Assembly: GCF_006345805.1 (NCBI RefSeq)
Contig: NC_043001.1
Location: forward strand, 45,322,001 to 45,386,000
Reading direction: 5' to 3'
DNA length: 64,000 nucleotides
Origin: Octopus sinensis
Lineage: Eukaryota
Under the pieces are notes generated by a model. The model saw only the letters and a list, made by a program, of their open reading frames with translations, did no database searches and was not told where the DNA came from. Numbering within the stretch: position 1 is the first letter of the stretch; each line of letters starts with the position of its first letter. Shown here one piece after another: positions 11,243 through 22,500 of the stretch. Made by a program: the position numbers and the translations under genes.

Positions 11243-14200
11243 ATATTTATTTATCCTATGCACAGATAAGAATAAACAAAATTAGCTACTTGATTCTTTG
11301 AGATAACAAGTATTTATCAATGAGTGATCAATCACATTAACCTTTTCCCAATAGTTAGGTGACCTAAAGCAATATGGAATAGTGTTCTAAATTCGTATAC
11401 ATCTAAACTGATACAGAAAATCTGAATTCCTCTATATCACATAGTTCATCTAATACCATCTACATGATGCTATTTTACTTTCTGTCTCATACACACATGC
11501 TACGCTTACATAATACTATATACACTTTAATCAATAATACTTTGCTTGAGGAAGGAATGAAAAATGACAATAGCAACAACATCAGCAATAATAATAATAG
11601 ACAATGTTTTTTAAAAACTACAAAATAAATATACATAATATAAAAAAAAAAACAATCGGAAAGAAAAGCACATGGTGGAAATAAAACAAAAGCTTCCATG
11701 TCACCAAGCTAAGCAAACAGCAGATAAAAAACAGCATCCAAATCAGGCAGTTGATGATAAGAATGGCTACAAAGCAAAAGATATAAAAAAAAATAACTGA
11801 GTACTAAGTATTATTAACAATTGTTTACCTTTCTTTTACTGTTAATACCAATGAAAAAATGTTTTAAAAGTAACTTTGGAGAAAAAAATTATTATATTTA
11901 ATTACGTCCTTTTTTTTTCTTTTTATGATGTTTGGTATTACTGAGTCAATGAAGACTGGGTCTTTGCTAGTGCTGCATGCCTAATAAAGTGAGCCAAGTT
12001 CTCTTTTCTGTCCCAGGTTAGTTCATTATGACTAATACCATTTTATGAAGATTTTAAGTATTAATTATTTCTTTATTTGATTCATAGGTTTATATCTCAT
12101 GATGAATACTGAATGAAGCAAAGCACCTTGTTAAGTTGGACATGAGTGTATATAGTAATATTTGTAAATGGAGTGTAATTGTCCTGCTATGCAAAGTAAA
12201 TGACCATTAATCATAATATAGTGATTAAATTAGCAAAGTTAAAAGAATAGCTGAATTCATTCCACAATTATTTTCTTAACAACAGTTTTTTTTTTAAAGT
12301 TATGAACAATTTACATTTATCAAGTTCATGTACACTCAAACATGGAAAGATTTTTGCTATAACTGTCTTGGAAGACAATGTGTGAGAAAACACACCAATC
12401 TGTAAACTGTGTCCTTTCATGACAATTAGCAGTATAACATAAATCATAGGGCTTAAAATTTTAACACACACCACACACACACACACACATTACACCTGTA
12501 CTGATCCTCACATATATTTCTACATACATACTTATACATATAGCTACACAATTATCCTATTTTAAGTGTGTTGATATTTAGCTCAAGCCTACCTTGACTG
12601 AGCAGGTCTATGATCAAAATACATTTCAGTAATGATTTTATTTCTTTTTTCTTTCTTTTGAGAATTATACTATCCAGTTTGACGTTCCATTTTTAAAAAG
12701 GTGTGATTTGGAGAATATTTAGCTGCTCCTAGCAAGATTTAAGAAAGGTATTGGGCTTTCTTCTTTGTTCAACTTTATGGGTGTTTATTTGTGTAATATT
12801 ATTTTAAATTTTGTTGTTTGCATTGTATAGTAATATTTTGTTTTGATTACACATGTAGGAAAGAATGCAATTCTTATAATTATAATTATCATTTACCAAG
12901 TCACATAATCATGTCACTCCTCAAATCTCAACAACTTACAGAATATTTTAAGCCATCAAGAAAAGCAACCACATCTCTGGGGACACATTGGACAAAATAG
13001 TTCTAGTTTCATATGCCTTAAGAAGAAAGGGCTCAATCAGAGCTCATCTGGGGCATAGCAACAACTTAGAAGATTTTTGCAGAGTATCAGCTGACAGATT
13101 CTGCATTTCTACTTTGCAGTTCTAATATCAATTCTAATTTCAATCTTAATGTTTCATCATCTAAATCAAATAATACTTGTGCTGTTGTTCTAAATTATTA
13201 CAATATATATAACTTACATTTACATGCTACACGTTATTAGATATCTAGTAATTTTTTGCAACCTTTCCGGAAGATGGAAATGTTAGTAAAACTGCCCAAT
13301 AAGAATACAGATGAAGCACTTGTGTTAAACAATATTTATTGTAATTAATTATGAGAAGACAGGAGCCAGTGAGCTGTCAGAATGTTTAGCAGTATTTCTT
13401 CCAATTCTTTATATTCTGAGTTCAAATTCTGATGAGAGTGATTTTGCCTTTCATCCTTCTGGGGTTGATAAAATAAGTACCAGCAGAGCACTAGGGTCAA
13501 TGTAATTGATTTACTCTTCCCCTAAAATCACAGACTTGTGCAAAAATTAGAAAATTATTGGGAAATAGAATTGATAAAGTGCTTTACTAGTAATATACCA
13601 GGAGTTAGCTGATAATACTTTTCCCCTAACTATATTTTTCCTTACAAACTCAGAGCTTTAAACAATTGAAACTAATTTTCCTTGTTTTTCTTTTTGTTTT
13701 GTTTATAACATTATGTGTTATTATACACTATACACATAATTTGTATTAAATTTTATCAGATAAAATAAATTCTTTGCCTAAAATTAATATATTATCAAAG
13801 AAATTCTTTTAAACAATTTCCTTTAAATATTATAATTAATCTTACTTTTCAATGTACATGTCCAAAATCAGTTATCTTTTCCAAGTACATCTCCAAAATC
13901 AAAGTTATCTTTTCTACAAACTCATTCAGTTTTATCTTTTTGCAAATCATGGTAGTTGAACTTCAAAGTTGGATTGAATTTGTTGTATATAAGGTAAAAT
14001 AAACCATTTAATAATTTTTAAGATGCAGTGATTTTAGTAGTGATAGTGCTGAACAAGAAACATGAATTCAGTGCTTTTGTATAACTTAGCTGGAAACGAG
14101 TGCCTTTTATTATTTAATGGATGGGCTTTTAGCACTAACTAGAGTATTGAGTGGTAAAATAACTGAATGCAACAAGTTTGAAAAATGCTTCAATTTGCAG

Positions 14201-14703
14201 AATTCCCCAACCCATAACCAAAGAAAAAAAATGTAAAATATCTAATTCCAGTAATAAACAACAGAAGTATAATGAATGGAATGAAAGACACAGCAAAAAT
14301 GTTTAATACATTCAATAACAGTAACTCACAACAATTTTTTTAATAAATACAACAGGATGACAAGAGGGAATCAAATAAGAAAATGTCAATAACGTTAGAT
14401 ATAATAAACACCAATATGACAGAAAAAGTAACAACAAGTCCACTGTAGGAACTTGAACTACAAATCTGTCATTTGCTGTGACTGCATTATCAATTATACT
14501 ACATAGTATCAGCTGTTCTATCTCCTGAAAATAAATATTATAAATTGTTTCTGATATATTAACTATTTTATTTCATAGCCAAACAATGTTAGCAGAATAT
14601 GCTATTCCACTATGCTTAATACAGTATGATGTCATAGTTGGAGACCAATGATTATAACAAGAAATAACAGCTAAAACCAAATTATTGAGTACATGATTTT
14701 CTT

Positions 14704-15606
14704 GCATCAGTTGTAGTGTGCAAGAGAGACGTTTGCGCTGGTATGGTCATGTGGTGAGAATGGATGAAGATAGTTGTGTGAAAAAGTGCCACACCCTAGC
14801 AGTTAAGGGAACCTGTGGAAGAGGTAGACCCAGGAAAACCTGGGACGAGGTGGTGAAGCATGACCTTCAAACATTAGGGCTCACCGAGGAAATGACTAGT
14901 GACCGAAACCTTTGGAAATATGCTGTGTGTGAGAAGACCCGGCAGGACAAGTGAGACCATAACCCGTGGCCTCTACCTGGGATGTAGCCAGTCCACTTAT
15001 GCATACCTTTCCTTCTTGGGACACAAAACTCTACCTGTGAAGACCTGTTGAGGCAAGTGAAAATCCAAATCCAAATCAAAATCGATCAAAATCATTGGAA
15101 ATTATAGTTGTGATACCAGAGCCGGTGACATGTACAAGAACCATCTGAACGTGGCCGTTGCCAGCACCGCCCCGACTGGCCTCCGTGCCGGTGGCATGTA
15201 AAAAGCACCATCCGATCGTGGCCATTGCCAGCTCTGTCTGGCTTCCATGCCGGTGGCACATAAAAAGCACCATCTGATCGTGGCCATTGCCTCCGTGCCG
15301 GTGGCATGTAAAAAGCACCATCCGATCATGGCCATTGCCAGCTCTGTCTGGCTTCCGTGCCGGTGGCACATAAAAAGCACCATCTGATCGTGGCCATTGC
15401 CAGCCTCGTCTGGCACCTGCGCCAGTGGCATGTAAAAACCACCCACTACACTCACGGAGTGGTTGGCATTAGGAAGGGCATCCAGCTGTAGAAACACTGC
15501 CAGATCAGACTGGGCCTGGTGCAGCCTTCTGACTTCCCAGACCCCAGTTGAACCGTCCAACCTATGTTAGCATGGAAAGCGGACGTTAAACGATGATGAT
15601 GATGAT
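14704..15606 (+). mobile_element. RTE-clade LINE, 5'-truncated, intact 3' end
   Basis: ORF 14718..14954 (QERRLRWYGHVV...GRGRPRKTW) is the typical RTE ORF2 C-terminus; GC-rich 3'UTR with tandem repeats; (GAT)5 tail at 15592-15606. Confidence 0.92.
15121..15440 (+). repeat. ~62-bp tandem repeat with 110-bp higher-order unit inside the RTE 3'UTR
   Basis: 15181-15290 and 15291-15400 differ at 2 positions; monomers alternate catgta/cacata. Confidence 0.9.
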
Positions 15607-16617
15607 TTAAAATCAGTGAGTCAGTGTGTTGTTCTTTTCTGTCTCAAACTGGTGCTTATAATGTCTAATATATATCATTTAAAATCTTAGTAATTGATTT
15701 TTTTAAAACAATATCAATTTTAAAAAACAGTATGCAATCATGCATGGTTTTTTATTGAGGGTAGGGATATCACATCTGGTAAAAACAAACAGGAATAAAA
15801 TAATGGGTTATGGACAAAGGTAAGTGTTGGTTTGACCCTGGAATGGAACAGTTGATAAAAATGAAAAAGTGCAAAGGATTCATCATACTTTATATGATGG
15901 GACCTTTCAAATAGAAGTGCTTCTTCCTATTGAACATAAACAGATATCTGCTCTTGCAAAAATAACTGAAAGCTATTGTAGCTTTGGTTCTACAAGTTAG
16001 CTGGCAGAATTCAGATAAGACTACAGTGGAAGAATTCTGACAAAAACTGGTTTTCAAGTAGACATTTCATAAAAGAGTAAAATGATCTCACACTGTAGAT
16101 GTCTCGAGTTAAAACTAATCCAATTAGTTTTAGATGGTGCATATTACAATTACTTGATTGAAAAGAAAGTGTCATTCATATAAAAACAATATTGCCATGA
16201 GCAATACATATTTTTGAAAATGCAGACAAAAACCTGACAGATAAGGATTATAAAGAGCCATTCAAATGATTAACAATAAACAACAGTTTGGTAGAGCTAC
16301 TGTGGAGGCACAGAGAAGAATACATTCTTCAATTGTCCAAGTAAAATTGTCAGAAATGGAAGAAACATGTAAACATGAAGATACTATAACGAAGGAGATA
16401 AAAGGTAAATGATATTTAGAGACCAGGTCTTAAAATATTCAAGCTAGTCATAGTTGGGAGCTGAAAAGTGAGGTTAATTGAAGCATGACTTGTAAATTTA
16501 AAGTAAATATCATGAAATTAAATATACATATTTTTTAAATAATAACAATCATAGATAAATGAAAAATTTAAAAGGAGATTGGAAGAAAGCAGATAGACAT
16601 GTATGAATAACTGAGTA

Positions 16618-16655
16618 TGTTTCAATGTGTGTATGTATTCAGAGAGAGACATGCA

Positions 16656-16690
<35 letters not shown>

Positions 16691-16778
16691 GAATATGCAT
16701 ACATACATACATATGTATATGCATACATACATACATATATATGCATACATACATACATATATATGCATACATACATAC

Positions 16779-16813
<35 letters not shown>

Positions 16814-16925
16814 TACACACACACATGCATACATACATATATATAAATATATGCATATAGATACACACATATATATCTATCTATATATATATATATAGTG
16901 TGTGTGTGTGTGTGTGTGTCATATG
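16618..16925. repeat. Compound (CATA)n/(TA)n/(TG)n microsatellite
   Basis: Direct reading; source of five spurious ORFs. Confidence 0.97.
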
Positions 16926-17929
16926 CATGATAAGTAAATATTATTTCACAATGTACTAAAGATGACTACATTAGTAATATATGTCTACAAGATTCTAATG
17001 TATTAGAAATGTAGAACTAAAAGATGACTATTATTGCATGAAAAGTATTGCACTATGAAAAAAAGAGACTACTTAGAATGATAGTGGCTAAAATACACAC
17101 TATTACTGCCATAGAAAAGTGGAAATTAAAGAACTAATGAGTTAGAAACACTATATAAGAAATATAGACTATTGCAGTAGAAATAGAATACTAAGAGAGT
17201 ATCTACTTGATACTAAAAGAGACCATTCCAATCAGAACATGACACAATGAGAGACAAATATGATAAAGCATATATGAGATAATTGATGATTTGATACACA
17301 TAGGTTTTTGTTGATTACTAAATAGGATTTATGATACACAGCATGTATCAGAAATCTAAGATAAAATCAAGTAACAGTTGGATTACTTAATTTTATCTTA
17401 GATTTTTAATACATTCAGAGTGATATTTTAAACAGATATAAATACACCTTGTTATTCTCTTTACATATAGAAAAATAAAGGAGATGGCCCTGTTATACAT
17501 CAGAGTTCACATTCCATTCATCAGACAACTGCCTTCTCATTCTTCTGTCCCTGAGGGGTGTGTGTGTTTTGTTAAAATGCTCTTAAACTATGTGGTATTC
17601 ATTGTATATATATGTTATACTTGGGAATGGGAATTTTTTGCCAATTAAACAATGCACTATTTATTTGATCTTCACTCTAGGTTTATTATTATTTTGGGAC
17701 AAAATGGAATAGGCAGAACAAGAGGAGACACATGGGACAGAAGAGGTCACAGAATGTGTGATGAAAGAACTTTGCTGGACAAATAAACTAATAGATAATA
17801 ATAAAACTAAAGTGATGATCAAGTAAATAGTGCATGTGATTAATTGGCAAAAGATGACCATCCCCAAGTATAACAATACATGCTTCAATATGCATTCATA
17901 TTAAGAATCTTGCAAAATAGAATACATAA

Positions 17930-18009
17930 ACATGTGTGTGTGTGTGTGTGTGACATTTTTATATATATATATTATATATATACACATATACATACATACA
18001 TATATACAT

Positions 18010-18043
<34 letters not shown>

Positions 18044-18200
18044 GAAATTTTATACATAGGAACATATATATATATATGAAATTTTATATATATACACATA
18101 TATATATATATATATTATATATTATCTGCTGCATATATATATGTGAAATTTTATATATATATATACATATAAATATGAAATTTTATATATATACATACAT
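17930..18200. repeat. (TG)/(CA)/(TA) microsatellite with four atatgaaattttata-like units
   Basis: gaaatttt recurs at about 18044, 18078, 18144 and 18178 within (TA)n. Confidence 0.9.
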
Positions 18201-18544
18201 AAGTGAATGAAACATTCATGAGTAAGGTGAAATATCATTTAAATTACAAAATATTCGTAAGTTCATAATGCTTCTTATGACAAAAATTCATAAGGATTTG
18301 CAAACATTTAAAGAAATTTCTTTTCTACCATGTTGGTAATTAACAAGCATCAAATACTGACTCATTTATAACACTATATTCAATGCATATATGACAATAT
18401 TTCAGCATAGACACTGTACTCAACCAATGATAGAAAGGAATATGATAAGTATTTTAATTTTTGTAGCTCCCTTCCTTGAAGAGTTCAAATATGTTGGTAT
18501 AGAATGAATTCCTTATTATTAAGTGCTTGTTTGTTTTAATAATC

Positions 18545-18867
18545 ATCTCACAGGTGCTCCAGGATGTATCATCAATGACAATTTTGGGATTTCAATGGTT
18601 TTAGGTTTTCAAAATCAGACTCCCTTGCCCAGTAGACCCAATAGCAGCAAATCATTGGTCTGCCCACTTTATCCAAAGCCACCTAGTGGTTTTCTCTGCA
18701 GCTTCAGAGATGGAATTTGTCACCCTCCTCTTTGCTGGCCCAGTCAGAGCTTTGCAGAATGAATGCCCTACAAAACCTTGACAGCCCACTGCTACTGTTT
18801 GCAATGTGTCTGCAAGCCCTGATTTCTGCACTGCGCTACTAGGTCCTGGTATTTGGTAAGCTTCCTC
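18545..18867 (-). mobile_element. Hero-type (R2 group, restriction-like endonuclease) non-LTR element 3' end
   Basis: Translation with one frameshift: RKLTKYQDLVAQCRNQG..VAVGCQGFVGHSFCKAL...SISEAAEKTTRWLWIK*, matching the recalled Hero C-terminus; followed by a 3'UTR. Confidence 0.75.
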
Positions 18868-20103
18868 TATGTTTCATATTATAGCAATAGAAATAAATCT
18901 GATAGGAATTGGTTTTATTTATTTACATATTTTCTATTTCCAGAAAATTTACCCACAAAAGAGATATCCTTCAAGCGGTTATGTTTGAGTGCCTATGAGG
19001 TGAAATAGAATGTTGCAAGTAACACACTCCCTTGTGAGTACATCATCATTAATGTCATTTTAATAGCTACTTTCAAATATCTACATGGGTTAGGTGAGAC
19101 TTCACTAAGACAGATGTTTCTACAGCTCAATGCTCTTCCTATTGCCAACTCTCACCTGTTTCCAAGTAAAGCAATATATCTCCACAGTCTATTGATCAAT
19201 GAACAGCTTAAACATACTTTCATGGAGGACTACAAATGACACAATTTATATAAATGACAGTTTTCATCTACCAAATTTCATTTTAGTAAACCCATAGCAA
19301 CAGGAAGAGCATCCAGCCATAAAAATATTGCTCCCGAAATAAGTTTTTGTTCCAACCCATGCTAGCAAGGGAAAATGTGTGTGTGTATGTGTGTGTATGA
19401 GTAAAACATATGCACACACATACCACAAAACATTTCAAAATTCTTTGTGGAGTATATAATTTATATTTTTGGTGGTGGATACCTGTCACCAATAAAAACA
19501 TCATTATTATTATTTGTATAAATTCAGTGAAAAACAACTTTTGCATAAAAAGTCAAAAATAAAGCAAAAGACAAAAAACAGTATAAACAATCTCTTATTA
19601 TAAAAGGCATAATTAATAAATTTCATAAATGCCTTTGGCAAAGTAGCATTGAGCAAGCAAAAACAAAAATATAAAGCCAAAAATTACTATTTTCTACAAT
19701 TGTTTCATATCTGAAATCTCAACAAGGTATTCAACTAAACATACAAGCCAATGAGGGAGCCTCTACATGGTCTATCGACCTGCTAGAAATAGCTACAATG
19801 CCTTTGGTCTGCTCAGTCAGGGATAATCTGAGGCTAAACAACAACTAAACATATGATTAACTCTTCCAATGCCACTCCACCTAATTCTATGTAACTAATC
19901 TGAATAAAACCACTTGTGTTACAGTGTTGTCTTAATTTTCAGTGGTTGATGAAATAAATACTAGTTTAGCAATTAAATAAACTGATTCACTGACCCCCAA
20001 ATTTATAACATATAGCAAAGTATCATGGGTCAATTTAATCAACTGTGCCATCCTCCTATAAATTTGTGGCCTTGTACCTATCTTAAAAATTATCATCATC
20101 ATA

Positions 20104-20138
<35 letters not shown>

Positions 20139-21726
20139 GGTAGTGAACTAGCAGACCCAATAGCACATCAGACAAAATGCTCAGAAGCATTTCTTCAAGC
20201 TCTTTATATTCTGAATTCAAATGCTGCCAAGGTTGATTTTGCTTTTCATCTTTTCAGAATCAATAAAGTAAGTACCAACTGAGTACTGGAGTTGATGCAA
20301 CCAACTAGCCCCTTCCCCCAAAATTTCAGGCCTTGTGCCTACAATAGAAAGGATTATTATTATCATTATGGAAGGTAGTGGAATGGCAAGAATGATAGGC
20401 TGCCAAACAAAATATTTTCCAGTCCCTAGTTTCCTTTTAAGCTCTGATTTAAAATATTAAAAAAGCCAGCAGTCAGAACTATCACAAATCACAACCTACT
20501 GTCTTATAACTGGAAGAATGTATTGGATAATGTGAACCTGGATATAAAAAATAAGACCATTCATGACAAGAAAGACTTTAATTGTGGAATTTCTCATTCA
20601 GTGGTGAGCTGGGGTTAAACAACAACTACATTTTGTTGTTTAGCCCTGAGCAGATATAATTAAAAGCATTACAGCCATGACCATCTTATCTTTTTGTATA
20701 TCAGTGATGACATTGTCCAATGCATCCTTCCTCTTTTCCTTTTTAGAATACAGTAGGGTATGATACGAAGCAGATTTGGTTGTTATTTTTAGCAGGTTGA
20801 ATGACTAAGAATAGGTTCCCTTGTCAATATCATTGGTACTAAAAGATGCCAGCATAGCTGAGTTGTTTAGAAGTTCACATTGCAACCATTTGGTTCCAAG
20901 TTCAATTCCATTGTGCAGCACTTTGAGCAAATTTTGTTGACTTCTGCAAAAACCTTTCATGTGTGTGGTCTTGTCTGTACTTATTTTTATACATGGAAAG
21001 GTGTAAACCAATATTGCATCTCTTTTTGTCAAAGGTTACTTAACTATTTAATAAAAGAAGTTGTTAATATAAGTACCAGACTGTAATAAGCACTGGAGTC
21101 AATGTAAATGACTAAAAATCCTTGAAGATGGTGCCCCATCATGGCTGTAGGATAATAACTAAAACCAGTAAAAGAATATTTGTAGTGTTTATACTCATAT
21201 TTTACATGTCATATTTTGATTATCAATCAATGACAAACAGAATATTAACAACAAGATAAAACTATATTCCAGATTCAGCCAGTGTTTGCTTAAACAAATT
21301 GCATAGAAAACAATTTATATCATGAATGACAATTAAACCAATTTATTTCAGGCCTTTCAATTTTATTTTCTCATAAAATATCGTCACTCATTTGTAGAAG
21401 GTCCCAACCAATTGATCTGACTGGTAGCACACAACTAGTTCTTATTAATTTTTTTTATAAAAAAGTGTGAGCTATCTAATTAGTAATTGGTGTTCAGATA
21501 GTTAATTGTCATAAAAGGATTTCCTTTAGACATGTAAAAAAGAATATGATACACATTTATGATAAATAAAAATATTTTTTTATAAAGGTCCCATCATATA
21601 TATATATATTAGTAGCAGCAACATCCAATTTGAAACTGATAAAAAAAAAAACATTACAAGGGTTAATTGGCAGTGCAGAACATAACTCATGTCAATTATT
21701 AGGTGAAGCTAAACATGAGTCCTTAC

Positions 21727-21792
21727 CCTCAGAAACCATCACAGTTGATCCTACCACACTAGGTTTGCCCACAGGTGGTAGATTAGATTCAT
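21727..21792 (-). CDS. SORBS: SORBS/CAP-like exon, 66 nt, phase 1-1: (D)ESNLPPVGKPSVVGSTVMVSE
   Basis: Acceptor ggtttttcag|AT after a long pyrimidine tract, donor GAGG|gtaagg. The ORF track shows only the antisense shadow ORF 21630..21836. Confidence 0.82.
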
Positions 21793-22204
21793 CTGAAAAA
21801 CCATACATGCATAAAAAAAAGGAAGGGGTGAAATGAAAATAAAACACAAGAACCAAAGAGAAAAAGAAGAAAAATTAAATTCATAAATATATTAATAAAT
21901 AAAATGAATAAATGTATAAAATTTAAAGAAAAAAAGACAGAGAAAAAAACAAAAAAGAAATGACAGCAAAGATATTTTAACTTTCAGAATGTTTTCTTTG
22001 AAAATATAATGAAAATCTGTTTTGGAATTAATATGATTTATTCAAAATTGAAGTTAATCTATAATATTATTTTTTTAAATTGTATAACAGATATTTAGAG
22101 TTATATTTTAAAAGTCAAATACACTGATATTAGTTTGAAACAGAATATATCTGATTCTTAAACAATTAATAGGTTAGCAAGAATTATGTAGACTGAGTAA
22201 TTGT

Positions 22205-22500
22205 TACAGGGGGTGAACAAAAAAGAAGAAAAGAAAAGAGAATGGTTAGGAAAAGATAGATGAGAAAGAGAAGGTAAATGATATTAAAGAGAAAGAGAAA
22301 AGGAAGGATATATATGAAGAAATGAAGGCATTGAAAAGACAAAGAAATCAAAAGAAAAAGATAGGGAAGAAAATAATGAAAAGATCAGGTTAAAAGATAA
22401 TAGAAAAAAGAAGACATGAAGAAAGTACAATAAAAGAGAGATAAAAACTAATAAGACTAATAAAAAGAAAATGGGAAAGAAAAAAAAAAGAATTAGGAAA
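22205..22500. repeat. Purine-rich (A/G) low-complexity tract
   Basis: Direct reading; explains the F/L/S-rich ORF 22284..22547. Confidence 0.85.

Noticed and set aside
14328-14524. Acceptor tattttcag with a long phase-0 frame
   Set aside because: The required phase-1 frame stops after 7 codons; the open frame is hydrophobic low-complexity sequence.
15121-15440. Regularly spaced repeats that could be mistaken for a CRISPR array, and ORFs 15076-15560
   Set aside because: No unique spacers; eukaryotic context; lies in an RTE 3'UTR ending in (GAT)n; the ORFs are repeat shadows.
15720-16450. Plus-strand purine-rich tract that looks coding-derived
   Set aside because: Multiple stops in all frames and no recognisable motif; left unclassified.
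16518-16898. Five overlapping ORFs on both strands (Y/I/H/M/C/V-rich)
   Set aside because: Translations of the (CATA)/(TA)/(TG) microsatellite.
21630-21836. Plus-strand 68-aa ORF
   Set aside because: Antisense shadow of the real minus-strand exon 21727-21792; likewise 40370..40600 shadows exon 40332-40916.
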